Source: Dimorphilus gyrociliatus (Eukaryota; Animalia; Annelida). From it: a stretch of 64,000 nucleotides of DNA. The stretch covers positions 430,819 to 494,818 of the forward strand of contig CAJFCJ010000007.1 in the NCBI GenBank assembly GCA_904063045.1. Direction: 5' to 3'. The translations under genes and the position numbers were made by a program. The notes under the pieces are model-generated. The model was not told where the DNA came from, did no database searches, and saw nothing but the letters and a program-made list of their open reading frames with translations. Of this stretch, positions 1 to 12,738 are shown piece by piece (within the stretch, counting starts at the first letter, position 1; each line of letters starts with the position of its first letter).

Positions 1-799
1 TCATCACATTCGAACAAAGTTTCCCCCCCTTTAGGTAGTTCTGGTGTGAAAGGTATTCCGTCCGATGCCGTCGACGGAATCCTTCCCTCAGTCAATCGGC
101 TGCTTGACAAGGTAAATGGTCGACTGTACTTTGACCTTGCTGTTGTCGGCGGTAAACTAGGCGGACGACTTATTGAGGATATGCTAGATAGAATAATAGA
201 CTTTCAACCTATCTGTATAATAACCTATTACATAATAATAAAAATGCCTCCGCTTTTCAGATTGTCAATAGATTTATAGATCGATCTGTATAATAATCTG
301 CTTTCACCTTTATTGTACAATAAGCAACAGTTCACGCAATAAAACTTCATAAAACACCTTGACATCGAAGCTCTATCTTTGACATAAGCCATCTCTTGCA
401 TAAATTATCTAAATGTCAGTGTATATGTATACTTTTCCAATAGCATTAAACAACGCCAAGGAAATACTGATTAATTAATCAGATTATGCTTTTTTTTCAT
501 TAAATTGTATCTAGAATTAAAAACTTCCTACCTGCGTCTTTCGCCACTCATTGCTGTTAGTTCGCTATCAGGCTTTCTTACAGTTTCAAGTTTTTGAGCA
601 GAAATCCCTTCATTCTGTTTGGTAGGTAAAGTTTAATATTTGACTTCAAATATTAAAATTATTTGTTTTTCTATAGTAATTGTAACTTTTGTACCCGACT
701 ATGTGTCATTTCTAATTGTTGTTTGGCAGCGTCACGCTGGCGTTGAAGTATTCTTGCTTTTCGGAGGGCCTCATTGTGATAATTGTTTATTCCCGCCAT
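1..799 (-). CDS. 5' portion of an unidentified multi-exon gene running off the left edge
   Basis: Manual translation: ATG at 799, exon 695-799 (MAGINNYHNEALRKARILQRQRDAAKQQLEMTHSR, GT donor), exon ~531-614 (NEGISAQKLETVRKPDSELTAMSGERR), and an open S/P-rich exon 1-183 (ISSISRPPSLPPTTARSKY...PELPKGGETLFECD). Middle exons are not resolved. Head-to-head with G3BP. Confidence 0.5.
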
Positions 800-1522
800 G
801 GCTTGAAAATTCTTATAGCCAATACTTAACCAGCCCTCGTGTTATATAACTATATACCCTAGCAACCCAAAAGTATTCCGCCCCGGTATTAACTACCCAA
901 ATACGCAAGACGATACCAACCATACTAAAAAATTTCGTATTTAAAAATTAACTAAATTTCTAAAAGCATTGTTAAAATTTTACCCAAAATAAGTGATAAT
1001 TTTTACGAAAATTATTTTTTATACGAAAATCGAACATACGGGCACTTTACATTCACAGTTCGACACGAGCTAGCGCCATATTTTTCTCGGAATCTTCAGA
1101 GGTAAGTTGACGGAAGTCTCGCTGTAACGCTCTTAGGCTAAACCTTTTTGTGTTACATTTTAATTGAAATGACGCGTTTTTCAATTAACTTTGCATATAT
1201 TCTTAAAACGGCGTGCTTTTTTGTCTACAAAAAGATTCACGCCAGTTCATGTTGCAGGCATGCGCAAACCGGCATTCTTGACGTTAAAATGTGCGCACAA
1301 TCGACGTTCATTATCTCGCTTAAAAGACTTTCAATCTTCACTTTTCGTTTAAAATAATACATAATATATATATATCTATTACTTAAGCAAGAAAAGAATG
1401 CCGAAAAGCGAAAGTTATAGAATGAGAAAACCACGTTGTTAATCATAACCATTTAGTCATCCGTTACAACGTCAGAACTTAAGATAACTTTATTCTAACA
1501 GGTCTCTCAACTTTCAGTAGCC

Positions 1523-3321
1523 ATGGTAATGGAAAAACCCTCAGCACACAACGTTGCTCGGGAATTCGTCCGCCAATATTACACGTTGCTACACCAAGCC
1601 CCGCAGTATCTCCACCGCTTTTATAGCGCCAATTCGAGCTTCCTTCATGGAGGCATGGAGAAAGCCGGGCAAGAGCAACCCGCAATTTGCGGTCAAGAAC
1701 AAATCCACCAACGCATAATGGATTTGAAGTTTACCAACTGTAGAGCTAAAATCTTCCTTGTGGACAGTCAAGCATCTGTTGGTAACGGCATCGTTGTTCA
1801 AGTTAGCGGAGAATTATCGAATGATAATGGCCCAATGCGAAGGTTTATGCAAACTTTCGTTTTGGTCGAGCAAGAACCGAGAAAATACTACGTGCATAAC
1901 GACATATTTCGTTATCAAGACGAAGTATTCGAAAATGATGGACAAGAATCGAACGAAATACATAGCGTTGAAGCCGTGGAAGAAGCTGGAGATGTACAAG
2001 AAGAAGGTTACTATGCTGAAAACGTTCCCGATGGTGTTGAAGTGCAAGCAGCTCCTATGAGGTAGATTTATACTATTGTCCTAGAAACAGAAATCCTTTC
2101 ATTCACTTTATGATGTTCGTAATTTGCGTCTGAGCGTAGGCTTCAGAGACAGTTGCCTGCTGTCACATTCTGACCTACGTCGTTGTTGATAAATCTATCT
2201 GAAAGTAAGATAAAAACCACGCCATGGTTTAAAAGAAGCTTATAACATTGCACTATTTTAATTATTTTTTAAAAATTCTAGCAATGGATCAGCTCACTTG
2301 GAAGAGGAAGAGGAGCATAAAGAAGAAGAGAAAACGGAACCAGAACCAGTTGAAGTTGAAACAACACCGGAACCCCAACAAACTGAAGAAAAAACAAGCC
2401 AACCAGGTAAATTACGTTATATGATTTAATATTTTTTTTTAGCTATCTTATTCTATAGAGTCTGCTGCTAAGCCTACATGGGCAGACATGGCCGGCAAAA
2501 ATACAATTGTCAAAACAGCCACGCCAGCCGCAACAACGACAGTTCCTCCTAAAACTGAACCCAAGCCTGTGGAGCAACCCCAAAGAGCTCCACGACGCGA
2601 ACGGGGACGCCCATCCCTTAGCCAATCAGAGAGGGAAACTAGTAGGTCAGGCGGCGTTGAGAGTGATAGTGAGGTCCGAAGCACAAGAAGGTTTCAGGAC
2701 TCTCATCAAGTTTTTGTTGGAAATTTGGCGCATGACACGACTGAAGATGAACTACGCGAGTACTTTACACGTTACGGAAGTGTTGAGGAAGTTCGAATCA
2801 TTCAAAATAACAAAAAAACGAAAGATGAACAAGAGGCCCCCAACTATGGATTCATAGTTTTCAAAGAAGTAGGATCCGTAGCAGCTGTTTTGAACAAAAG
2901 GGTAAGCATTCCTAATATTTCAAATATTATCTAGGCTATATTAAACCAAATGATGAGTGTGGCTTGCCCTCTCCGAGCAAAAAATAGTGTGGAGAATTTA
3001 CACCTTTTGTACTCAACCTGAAACCTAATTTAAAACTACTCTGATTTACACATTTATTTATGCATCTAATTAGCTACATTATATCAACAGGGACAGCTAA
3101 CAATCAGAGGCGATAGGCGATTGAATGTTGAAGAAAAGAAGCCACGTGATGGAGCAAAGGTGCCGTCTGGTTCAATGGGTCGCTCCGGATTGAACCGTCC
3201 GGGAGCAGCTCCACGAGGAATGAGTGGACCTGGTGCAGGACGTAGAGGTATGCCAACGAGGCCAGGCGGTGATAAAGGTAACTTCTCCAGCCGTGGCGGT
3301 AGCTTTGCTAGGCGCAACTAA
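1523..3321 (+). CDS. G3BP: Ras GTPase-activating protein-binding protein (G3BP/Rasputin), stress-granule nucleator
   Basis: NTF2-like domain (VAREFVRQYYTLLHQAPQYLHRFY...MRRFMQTFVL...YYVHNDIFRYQDEVF), acidic region, KPTWADM motif, RRM (QVFVGNL...NYGFIVF...RLNVEEKK) and RGG tail. Exons 1523-2061, 2282-2406, 2459-2901, 3091-3321 join in frame with GT-AG introns. Confidence 0.96.
2105..2206 (+). ncRNA. SNORD16: Intronic C/D box snoRNA, SNORD16 (U16)-like
   Basis: Box C-like ATGATGT (2110-2116), guide GTAATTTGCGT followed by D' CTGA, internal hairpin GACAGTTGCCTGCTGTC, box D CTGA (2199-2202), terminal stem ACTTT/AAAGT. The guide is complementary to the conserved 18S tract GCGCAAAUUAC. The pattern matches vertebrate U16 as recalled. 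Sits ~75 nt upstream of the 3' splice site. Confidence 0.88.
2945..3025 (+). ncRNA. Intronic C/D box snoRNA, SNORD103/SNORD85-like
   Basis: Perfect box C ATGATGA (2950-2956), guide GGCTTGCCCTC (2961-2971) complementary to the 18S tract GAGGGCAAGUC with one G-U pair, D'-like CCGA (2973-2976), ACTCAAC followed by box D CTGA (3018-3021). Sits ~70 nt upstream of the 3' splice site. Confidence 0.82.
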
Positions 3322-3456
3322 AAAATATATGGAAAAAAGTGTTGGTTGAAAGCTTACTGATTGTTGGACTGATATCTGGAGATTCTGAGAATTGGACAGG
3401 TCGGGCCTTTTTCTACCGTCTATTTATTAGTGTGTCTTGCACTTAACATCTTTTGT

Positions 3457-3600
3457 TATATATATACATATTGAGATATATATATATATTAAAAAAGTTA
3501 TATATATATGTATGTATGTATATATATATATATATATGTCTATTTATATATAGATATATATATATATATATATAGATATATATGTATAGATATATATGTA
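3457..3600. repeat. Compound (TA)n/(TATG)n/(GATA)n microsatellite in the G3BP 3' region
   Basis: Visible interrupted dinucleotide runs. Confidence 0.9.
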
Positions 3601-4028
3601 ATTGTTTCGACTTGAATGCTATACAATATGTAAATATTTAATAAAGCAGTTTGTTAATACAATAGGAGAACGAATATTTTTAGATGTTCTGCTCAATTTT
3701 TATTTGTACATTTGACAAACTGCCTGTAAGGAATTTTAAGCTTGACGTCGAAGCATAGGTTCATGTTATTTTTTATTCTTCACGCCTTTTTAATAAAAGT
3801 CTCCTAAAGCATAAAAGCAATATTATACTATTATCAAGTTGTTTATTTTGTTTCTTGTGCTGTGTCTTCGTCCGCAGAAAGTTGGCCGCACAAGTCCTCA
3901 ACGTTATCTGTGTACGAAAGGTTGTTTAAAGTATGTGTTATGTATAAACAAAAACAAAAAAATAAAAGAAAGTTCCTGGTGCTCTGTACATTTTCCTCTT
4001 TAAAAAATATCTGCAGACGATCTTATGT

Positions 4029-4881
4029 TTATGTCGTATAAAAAATACAGTATAAACTAATTTTTATCGTAATTATACCTGAGTCGATGCCAAGGCACGT
4101 TGTCCATTCCTCTAGAGTGATCTCGTCGTCGGAGTCATCATCGCACTGGTGCAGAAATGGCTTGATACAGCTCTCGAAGCCTTTTAGGGAGGTGATAAGT
4201 GGGCGCATTTCGCGATGGGACAATATCCTATCTTTTGATAAGTCGAGATCGCAAAACTTCCAAATAGCTGCTGAAGTTTTTTTAGCTTGTCTGTAAGTTA
4301 ATCGCCCGTCTGTCTCTAAAAAGTCGGCGACATCTTCGAACCATTCTTTTAAGCGCTTAGGAAATTGAGATAGGTCCTCTTCTGAGCACTCTTGTACCTG
4401 CCTACATGGACCATAATAATCAAGATGGATATGACTAAAGCTTTGGTCAGCACACTGCGGCATTCTTTTCTTACACATACAACGTATGCGGTGCAGTTCG
4501 CACTCACTGGGTAGGCTTATATTCTGGTTCGTACAAATAAAGGCATTGGGATCATCGTTAGGACAAGATTCAGCGCATGCGCAAAATGGTTTTCCAAAGT
4601 CGTCAAGACGGCATTCGTGACCAATTGAACACTCCTTTGTGATACAACCCGATTGGTCTTCAAAGCCACCACGAACCTCTGAATTCTCTTCTTTCAGTGA
4701 CCTAGATTCTTCATCAGTTATCTTATAAGGGTCCAATAAAGTTTTCGACAGTAAGTCAGCCTAGGGGAGCGGATGTTCTCTCGTTACTTTAAAAGGTCAC
4801 ACGTACAAGGATAAAAGGCTAAGATTTTTTTACCTGTAAGCCGGCAATGAAATAAACGTAAATAAAGAGCAATCCGTTCAT
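4029..4881 (-). CDS. SPARC: SPARC/osteonectin
   Basis: Signal-peptide exon 4834-4881 (MNGLLFIYVYFIAGLQ) splices in frame to ADLLSKTLLDPYK... This is followed by a follistatin/Kazal module (CSIGHEC...CACAESC...SECELHRIRC) and the EC domain (HIHLDYYGPC, FPKRLKEWF, WKFCDLD, EF-hand DDDSDDEITLEEW). The last exon and stop are not resolved. Confidence 0.92.
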
Positions 4882-5660
4882 TCTCTTTCCGCATACAGTG
4901 CCAAACTGCTGCGCAAAATCTCTAAATAACGCAAACCAGGTTTACTTGTTTGGCTCCGCCCTGTAACCGATCTACACGAAACGAAGAGAAAAAAAACTTG
5001 TAGGCCTAGTTTATTTCAAACGGGTCAGATTTATTGAGATCAACAACTGCATAAAACGCGAGAAACATTTGTACAATTGTACTCGATATATTATTTTATA
5101 TGTTTATATTTTTATACGCTTGAAAAATTATATGCAGCTGATAATTTTGCAGGCTTTCAGGGCCGTTTATCACAGAAAGAACATATACATATATATATAT
5201 ACTTTATTTGTATATATATATTTTTACTAAATAATGTTTTTCAACTAGAAACAAAACGTTTGCATTTTGAACGATCACTTTGTAAAAATAAGAAAATGAA
5301 ACAAGAAGTTATATATATATATATATACTGTAGAATGTATATATTCTATGCAAATGCCGTAGCTAGAACCAGAAGAGGAAGTATGGCCAATAGAAAAGGT
5401 TATGAAATAAAAGATCTTTTCTTTTCAAAGAGGTAAAAAAGCAATAGAGAATAGTAAGCGAATAAAAGAAGCCTTTCTTTAAAGATGCTAACAGAAACAT
5501 GACTAGACGTCTTCGTCTGCAGATGTGTGGAGGAGGGTTGGGCGGGGGGGGGGGAGATTAGGAATATCAAAAAATTTAAATAAAACAAACAAAACTAAAC
5601 AATACAACAACCACTGCAACGGACACAGTTCCCTTGTAATTTGTTGGTTGTAGGAAGGTC

Positions 5661-8600
5661 TTATTTAGGAGGTTTTGAAATTTGTTCATCCTCTGTTAGA
5701 TTATCTTTGCGCTTTTTCCACTCTTGCCTATTAGCTTCACAGCCTTTTAATAAAGGCGCCAATTTATTGTTAAATTTACTGAACGCCTCGTAGACAGGCA
5801 TACACACACCGTCTATGAACGACACTTGTAATGAAGGAAACATGTCTTTTTTATCTCTGTTCATCATATCTATAGGTGTAATTTTTAATTCTTTCTCTTT
5901 ATCGCCCTGCTCAAAGAATTCATTTGCTATTAAGCTGGCGACCTTCTTTTGAATATTCCAAGGTTTGGTTATGGCCGAAACATCGCAGGCAGTCATCATC
6001 ATTGCCCTAACTAATTCTTTATCCTTGTCTGATTCCCAGTTTATAGTTGAAGAGTCAACTAAGGAGAAAAATTCAGGCCTTTGCTTAAAATAAACTGCCA
6101 AATCAGTAGCTAATATTGCATGTTCCAGTAATTTAATCACTTTTTCATATTTTTCAGATGTTAAATTCGATAAAATGTCTGTGCCTTTCGTGCTTAATAT
6201 CATAATACAATGCTCAAAGTGATGTCTCTCCATGACAGACGTTGAATATAATTGAGCCAATGGTGACATACTCCTATTGAAAGTAAAAACAAGTAAAAGA
6301 AAAGAGCAAAAAGGAGACGTTTCTTTTTTATAAGATATAATTGTGAATATTTATAAATGTTTTACTTTATTTGAAATTGATTGTTTGTCCCCCTATGATC
6401 CAAATCATGGCATAAACAACCTATAAATAAGGCCAACTTTTCCAAGTCAGTAAAATAATTACCGAGATCTGCTTGCTGATCAAAAGAAAACATTCGACCG
6501 TTTTATTATATTAGAAGACGTTTTTATTGAGTAAACAAACCGTCATCATCCAAAACATTGTGTGGGTGACATTAAAAGCATGTCGCCAATTATGATAAAT
6601 AACGTTTCTGTAATTCTTTTTAACACTCAGGAGCCAGTGACAGAAAATTCTGTAATCAATGTGGAACTTTTCAAATAGATCCAATTCGCAAAACATCCTG
6701 AAGCTAGCTTTAATCGTATCGTTATCCTCCAGGGAGAAATCCGAGAAATTGTGATCATACAAGCCTAGTTCGGAGGAAGTGGGAGCGAAATTCTCCTGTA
6801 AATAAATAAAAGCAAAATCATTAGAAAGTAAATCAAAGAATCACAGGTTTGACGTCTCGAGGTCGTCACTTAAGTCAATTTACGTCTGTAATATGTAATT
6901 TTTCTACATCTTCTAATGGAGCTTGTGCGTGATAACTAAGAACTTCCAGAGCCACTCGCTGTCTCGCGCTCGCTTTACACGCCTTTTCGTACATATGAGT
7001 ATTATGTATCCCCATGCCGCAAAAAATAGCGAACGCTTCCATTAGATTCTCGTCATTCTTATTAAAAGCCGTTCCATCTAGTTTATTAACCATCTGACTG
7101 ATGCCGATTACTTGATCCTGTTTAGTAGCAGTAGTATTAATTGCGTAATTACAGAAATAGACAATTTAACGTTATATACCTGAGCATTCTTAATTGGTAT
7201 ACATAAGATGCTTTTAGTTTTGAAATCTGTCTCATCGTCTACTTTGCGGTCGAACCTTTCATCCTTGTAAGCGTCCGGTATGTTGACAATCTAAAGTTTC
7301 ACCGAAAAAAGAGGAATATTTATCGTCATTGTTCCCTGATCAATTAACAAAATAATTTAACAAAACATGTCACTAACCTCGCCCTTGGAGGCAACGTAAC
7401 TTGTTATACCAACATTGATAGGAAATCGAGCCTCTTGAGGCCTGAGAAAATTCGATCCGTTATAGGCCGGTTAAGTGGAATTAGTAATTAGGTTTTAGTT
7501 CTTCTTACCCGTCGTTTTCAAAGCTGCTTGCTTGTAGATCGAAAACTTGAGAGTAGACGCCCTAAAAACAACACATAAAGATTAACAAAACAAAGAGAGA
7601 AAACAAATTCTAGCGAAAATCATTTTAATTCCTCCTGTTGGTTATTCCCTTATCAAAAAACATATATAAATATATATATATATATTTATATATTTATATA
7701 AATTTATATATATATATATGATTTGTATTGTATATATTCTCTATTTTTTTAAAAAAAAAAACACGATTAAGCTTGCAAGACACGGCAAAATAAAACACGG
7801 ATGTTTTCGTGATGGCAATAGCAATTAAAAAAATAGTTTCGTATCGCGTCGAACATTCACGAAATTATATATATATATATTTATATATATATAGTGTAGT
7901 ATATGCAATTATATGTACTTATATATATATAGATATATAATAAATATATAAACTTATTGTCTGAAATAGATAAGCGGTAAGACAGAATCAAAAAGCGAAT
8001 TTCATTTAATATTCTCTCTCTCTCTCTCTCTTTCCCTCTATTTCTATTTCTTTCTCACATTCATTCGATGCTTATCTCTAATTTTTAAACTACTTGTGTA
8101 AAAATTTTTAGATAAAAAAGTAAATAAAAAAAAAGGGATAAAACTTTGTGCGAGCATGCAAAATGTTTTATAAAAGAGAAGCTAATTATTAAATATAGAT
8201 TTGATATATATATATATATTTATATATTGATATATATATATATATATTTATATAAAAATTAAAAAATATGTTTTGCAAAGGCAGAGAAGAGATTTGTGGG
8301 AAAGAGAAGGGTAGGAGGAGTTTGAGAGGGGGAAGCGAGGGAGGGGAGGAAGGGCAACGGGAAAAAAACGGTAAAGTTCACCATGCTAGTTATATGCTTC
8401 ACACAGTTTTTTCTATCCTGTAAGAAAACACGAAGCAAAAATGTATATAAAAAAAAAACCACATGCTCCTGTTTAGAAGAATTTTGTTGTTTTTTTTTTT
8501 GAAAAAAAAATAATAAACAATAGTAAACGAAAAACTAACCGACGCTTTAAGGATTCTGAGTTGACATATGTGAGAAACTTCTTTATACAGTATATACATA

Positions 8601-10664
8601 ATATATAGAATATACATTATGAACACGAATAATATCCGTATATATACACTTATTTGTTCATGAATATTTCGTACCATATATTCAATATATCAATATAATA
8701 AACATCGTTCGCATACTAAGTATAGTTTTATTACATCGCTTATAAATATACCATGAAAGGAGAGAACAATATAAAAAAAACGACAGTATATGCAGTAAAT
8801 GCAGTATAATTTGTATATGTGTATATGTATAGTGTGAATGTGATGAGTGGAACGCAATTGTAAGACAGTGGGAGGTTTGTAGAATATATAATGAATATAA
8901 ATAATAATAATCGTATAAATGAAGAATTAAAAGAATAAAAGACAAAGAAAATAACGTATGGAATCGGATTAAAGGACTTTTTCGATCGATAAAGGTTAAT
9001 ATTATAATAATAATACTTACGCTTGATTCGTCATCAATAAGCAAAACTTGACAACGTTCGCAACGTAGTAAGGATTGAGTGTGCATCATAATCTTATGAA
9101 TAAGAGTAGCGACGTCTCTTTGTTCTTCAAATATAAATCTAGCGAGATCCAATAATAACTGATTCCTCCTATTTTCCAAAACAGACCTCTCGTAAAGTTG
9201 AGCATTGCGAATTCCGATACCGCAAAATGCCAGGAAGGATGCAAATACTTTCTCATCTCGTTCACCAAATGGTTCTTCCTTTACACCTAGCTTATTGACA
9301 GCCTGAGCTACGCCTATCACGTGACCTTCGGTGTCTTTAATTGGCATGGAGAGAATTGAACGCGTCTTGTAACCCGTCTTTACATCGATTTCTCGGTTAA
9401 AGCGGGAGTCCTGTAAAGAAGTCAATAACACTTCGTGATATAATCTGCCCCAACCGTATAATTAGATAAACACTGTTTTATCGATTGTCAACAGATTTCC
9501 TTTCAAACCGATAAAACCGTAAATAATGGGATAACGTTAAACAAACACGGTTAATACAACGTAATTTAAACGACGTTAGCCTCGTTGGTCGAGCAGCAAC
9601 GATTAGTTAAGAAGGGAAAACAATTTAGATAGTAAAGGCGAACGTCGATAAAATCGATCGCGAAAACAAATACAATATTCCAAAAAAGTTTAGTTCGCCT
9701 ACGTATACGCAACTTATATATATTCCCTACTTAATCTATAATCCACGCCTTTCATCCCTCTACATTGGCATGGAAACGAACGATCGACGAAAATATTACA
9801 CAACTATCTATTTCTATCTTATTCTATAGCCTATTCTCTTGCAATATACCTATCCCCTTATCCAACCCTTCTCCTTTTTTGTTCTATCAATATATTAATA
9901 TTTTCTTTCATTCTCTGGTTCTTACAATCTCTTGCGCATAGAGACACTTTCTATCTTTTTTTTCTTTCTTTCGTTCACTCCTTCTCTCTCTCTTTATCAA
10001 TTGCACACACCATCAATCTACTTACCTCGTAAGCATCTGCGATATTTAAAGGATTGCCGGTCTTTGCTACGTGTCCGATTATTCCTTGGCCCCAGGAGAC
10101 GCGTATTTCGTAAGTGTTTGCCGTGCTGTCAGCAACAGTTGATTTTGAATTTACATCGAATAGTTTACTCGTTAAATATCCGCCTTCTTCTTGAACCAAG
10201 AACAATGAGCAACGATCTGCGTTTACGAGAATCGATACATTCTGCAGAATCTTGTGGCACAAGCTAGTGACGTCAAGGTCATTACATATATCCATAACAA
10301 GTTCGTAAAGAATTTCACGTTCATTTAAAGCCTTCAGTTCACTTATCGTTTTTCTAGGTTTCGGAGTTACTGGTGACATAGATTCCGGAAAGAAGGTCGG
10401 ATTACCATCGACCGTTGTAAGCATTGGTCGGAGTGTTTGCCCACCGAATTCCTGCGATGAAATTTTTCTAATCGGTGTATTTGCACCAGAACTGGAAGTT
10501 GAGTCAGCCGCCGTGTCAAATGCTGATTTACCGAATTTCCGCCTTAAGTAATCGAAAGCGAAAGATTTGTGTTCGTCTAAATAACGTTCCACTTTCGCTC
10601 TTTCTTCTTCTTCCTCATCGTTGTCGTCATTAAACTCTAATTGTACATCGGTGGAGGTGGTCAT
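5661..10664 (-). CDS. Dual-GAF cyclic nucleotide phosphodiesterase (PDE5/PDE6/PDE11 family)
   Basis: GAF-A ([19 protein letters not shown]...[44 protein letters not shown]), GAF-B ([40 protein letters not shown]) and catalytic motifs ([47 protein letters not shown]). About 12 exons. Confidence 0.95.
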
Positions 10665-10839
10665 ACTTTATTCTATACAATATCGTTTTTCTTCCTTTTA
10701 TTTATATTTTTAATTTTTAAAGCCCTAATACTCTCGGCTTATCTAACCAAAACAGTAAATAAATCTCGATAATACTTCAATAAAATTGAGAGTAGAACTT
10801 GTTTGCTAATTTGTCTTTCGATAGAAGTAGGCTTACTCC

Positions 10840-10995
10840 GACGCTCACCTGGGCTTGTCCGAGTGCTGTGCGAGAAGCGAAGTGGCGGACGGGGCCTGCG
10901 AGGGCCGCTAGCGCCGCGATGGGAATTATTCAGAAAAGCGCTAGCAAATGATTTTACGCTGATCGCGCTGCAGTGCGTATACAAAATGGCAGATG
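10840..10995. promoter_or_regulatory. GC/CpG-rich patch, probable bidirectional promoter for the PDE and ASB-like genes
   Basis: Local GC/CpG enrichment (cggacggggcctgcgagggccgctagcgccgcg) in AT-rich DNA between divergent start codons at 10664 and 11350. Confidence 0.45.
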
Positions 10996-11349
10996 ATCTT
11001 GATTGGCTATCATCGTTTTACCCGCGAATTACGAAATATAATTAAAAACTGTTCAAGAACAGTTTTATTTCCATTTATTTAACAGAACATAACATAAGAA
11101 GTTTCCTATAACCATACTAAGCGAGCGAAAAATCTATAGATTTAATGTCATACAAATTACGTTTGTATTTGAATATTACATCATTATTCGTGATTTGTTC
11201 AATCAAACTTCAAATTGAAATTGAATTTAGAAAAATAAAATATCTTCAATCACCTATCCATATATTTGTACATATATATATATATATATATATATACTTT
11301 AAATATATATATATATATATATAAAAACGATAACATATCAAATATTTTG

Positions 11350-12738
11350 ATGAACAAGTCGGGGAAATCGGATATTGTAAGGAAAGGACATCGGAAACGT
11401 AAAAGTACCGCCAGATTTACGTACGAAGAATTTCAAAATATTGTCAACCATGAAAATGGCTTTGCAACAGAAGGTAGTATGTTGAGAATTCGTCAACAAT
11501 TATTCGATTATGTAAAGAATAGCGGAGGTTACAGGTGAGGGTGTGTAGAAAAGTATATATTGTAAAAAAAAAAGCATCATTAATGTAGGAAAAAACGGAA
11601 ATATGAAGTTAAAAACGCAGGAAGATCCTGATGATTTTAATTATTTCGTTTTTTTTTCTTTCTCTCTTCTAGACTTACAGTTGATGCTTGTTTTGAGCAC
11701 TTGATGAACCATTATAAAAAATTGCCTCCAGATTTAACTTCTAAAGGTGAAAAGGCAGCCATTCTTGGAACGGCGTTATTTATTTGTGAAAAGTATAAAG
11801 TAAACGATAAAAAAGTATCGGGTACTATTTCCCTATTAGCACCGCTAATTAAACCTTTAGAGTGGTTCTCGGTGTTAAGTCCCATACAGAATTTTTGTAC
11901 CCATAAAGCTTTTTTATATGGAAAATTGAGTCCTGCTTCACGCCGAGGGCTCCTCTACGGACCCAAGAAGAAGCAATTGGATGCTCTGCAATATTATCTG
12001 TATCATGGTCGAACTCTTAACTACTTCATTTACGATGAGTCACAACCAACACCTATTAACACGAACAGCATGGAAAAGTGTCGTAGCTTAGTTGATTTGC
12101 CTTTATATATAGGGGGCAACTTTAGTAATTCAACTCCCCTGTCCTTAGCCTGTTTAGGTGGACAGCCATCAACCGTTCTACTGCTTTTAAAAAATGGTGC
12201 TCAAACGATACTAAAGATAGGTAATCAATCCCCCTTCACTGCCAGTTCTCAGCCATATACAGTCCTTGTTAATCACCTAAACGAAATAGCCAATGTCACA
12301 AATTCAAGCGATGTATCTTTTGATTCTAAAGAGATACATGGAAGAATTCAGCGTTACTTCGAAATAGATCGTTTACGAAATCCAACAATGGATAGAGTTC
12401 CCAATGAATATCTCTTAAATAGGACGTGTCGTTTGCTGATCTGCTTAATATATTTACTTAGAGCATCGTTTCGAATCCCGATAGTATTTAGTGATGACGA
12501 GAAAAAAATACCTTCCTCAGCTCAAGCCTGGAATTCTAACGGACCTCATAAATTAGTTTTGTTCTGCAGATTTAAACAATATCTACCAAACCTTGATTTC
12601 AACGTTTCAAGTTTACAACAGCTTTGTAGATTGGCAATAAATAAACGTCTTTTCCAAATTGGAAATTTACCATATGGTGTATCAGAGCTAGGACTACCGA
12701 AATCTCTTAGACAATATGTTGCTTTCGAAAGAGATTAA
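11350..12738 (+). CDS. Ankyrin-repeat and SOCS-box protein (ASB-like)
   Basis: Exon 11350-11534 joins exon 11673-12738 in frame. One clear ankyrin repeat (STPLSLACLGGQPSTVLLLLKNGA) and a C-terminal SOCS box (VSSLQQLCRLAINKRL...ELGLPKSLRQYV). Confidence 0.8.

Noticed and set aside
1209-1302. Two hairpins followed by ACA in the G3BP 5' UTR intron, suggesting an H/ACA snoRNA
   Set aside because: No ANANNA H box between the hairpins, and the pocket-to-ACA spacing is wrong.
8259-8677. ORFs inside the 1.4-kb PDE intron as possible alternative exons
   Set aside because: AT/GA low-complexity composition and no GAF similarity; flanking exons already join in frame.
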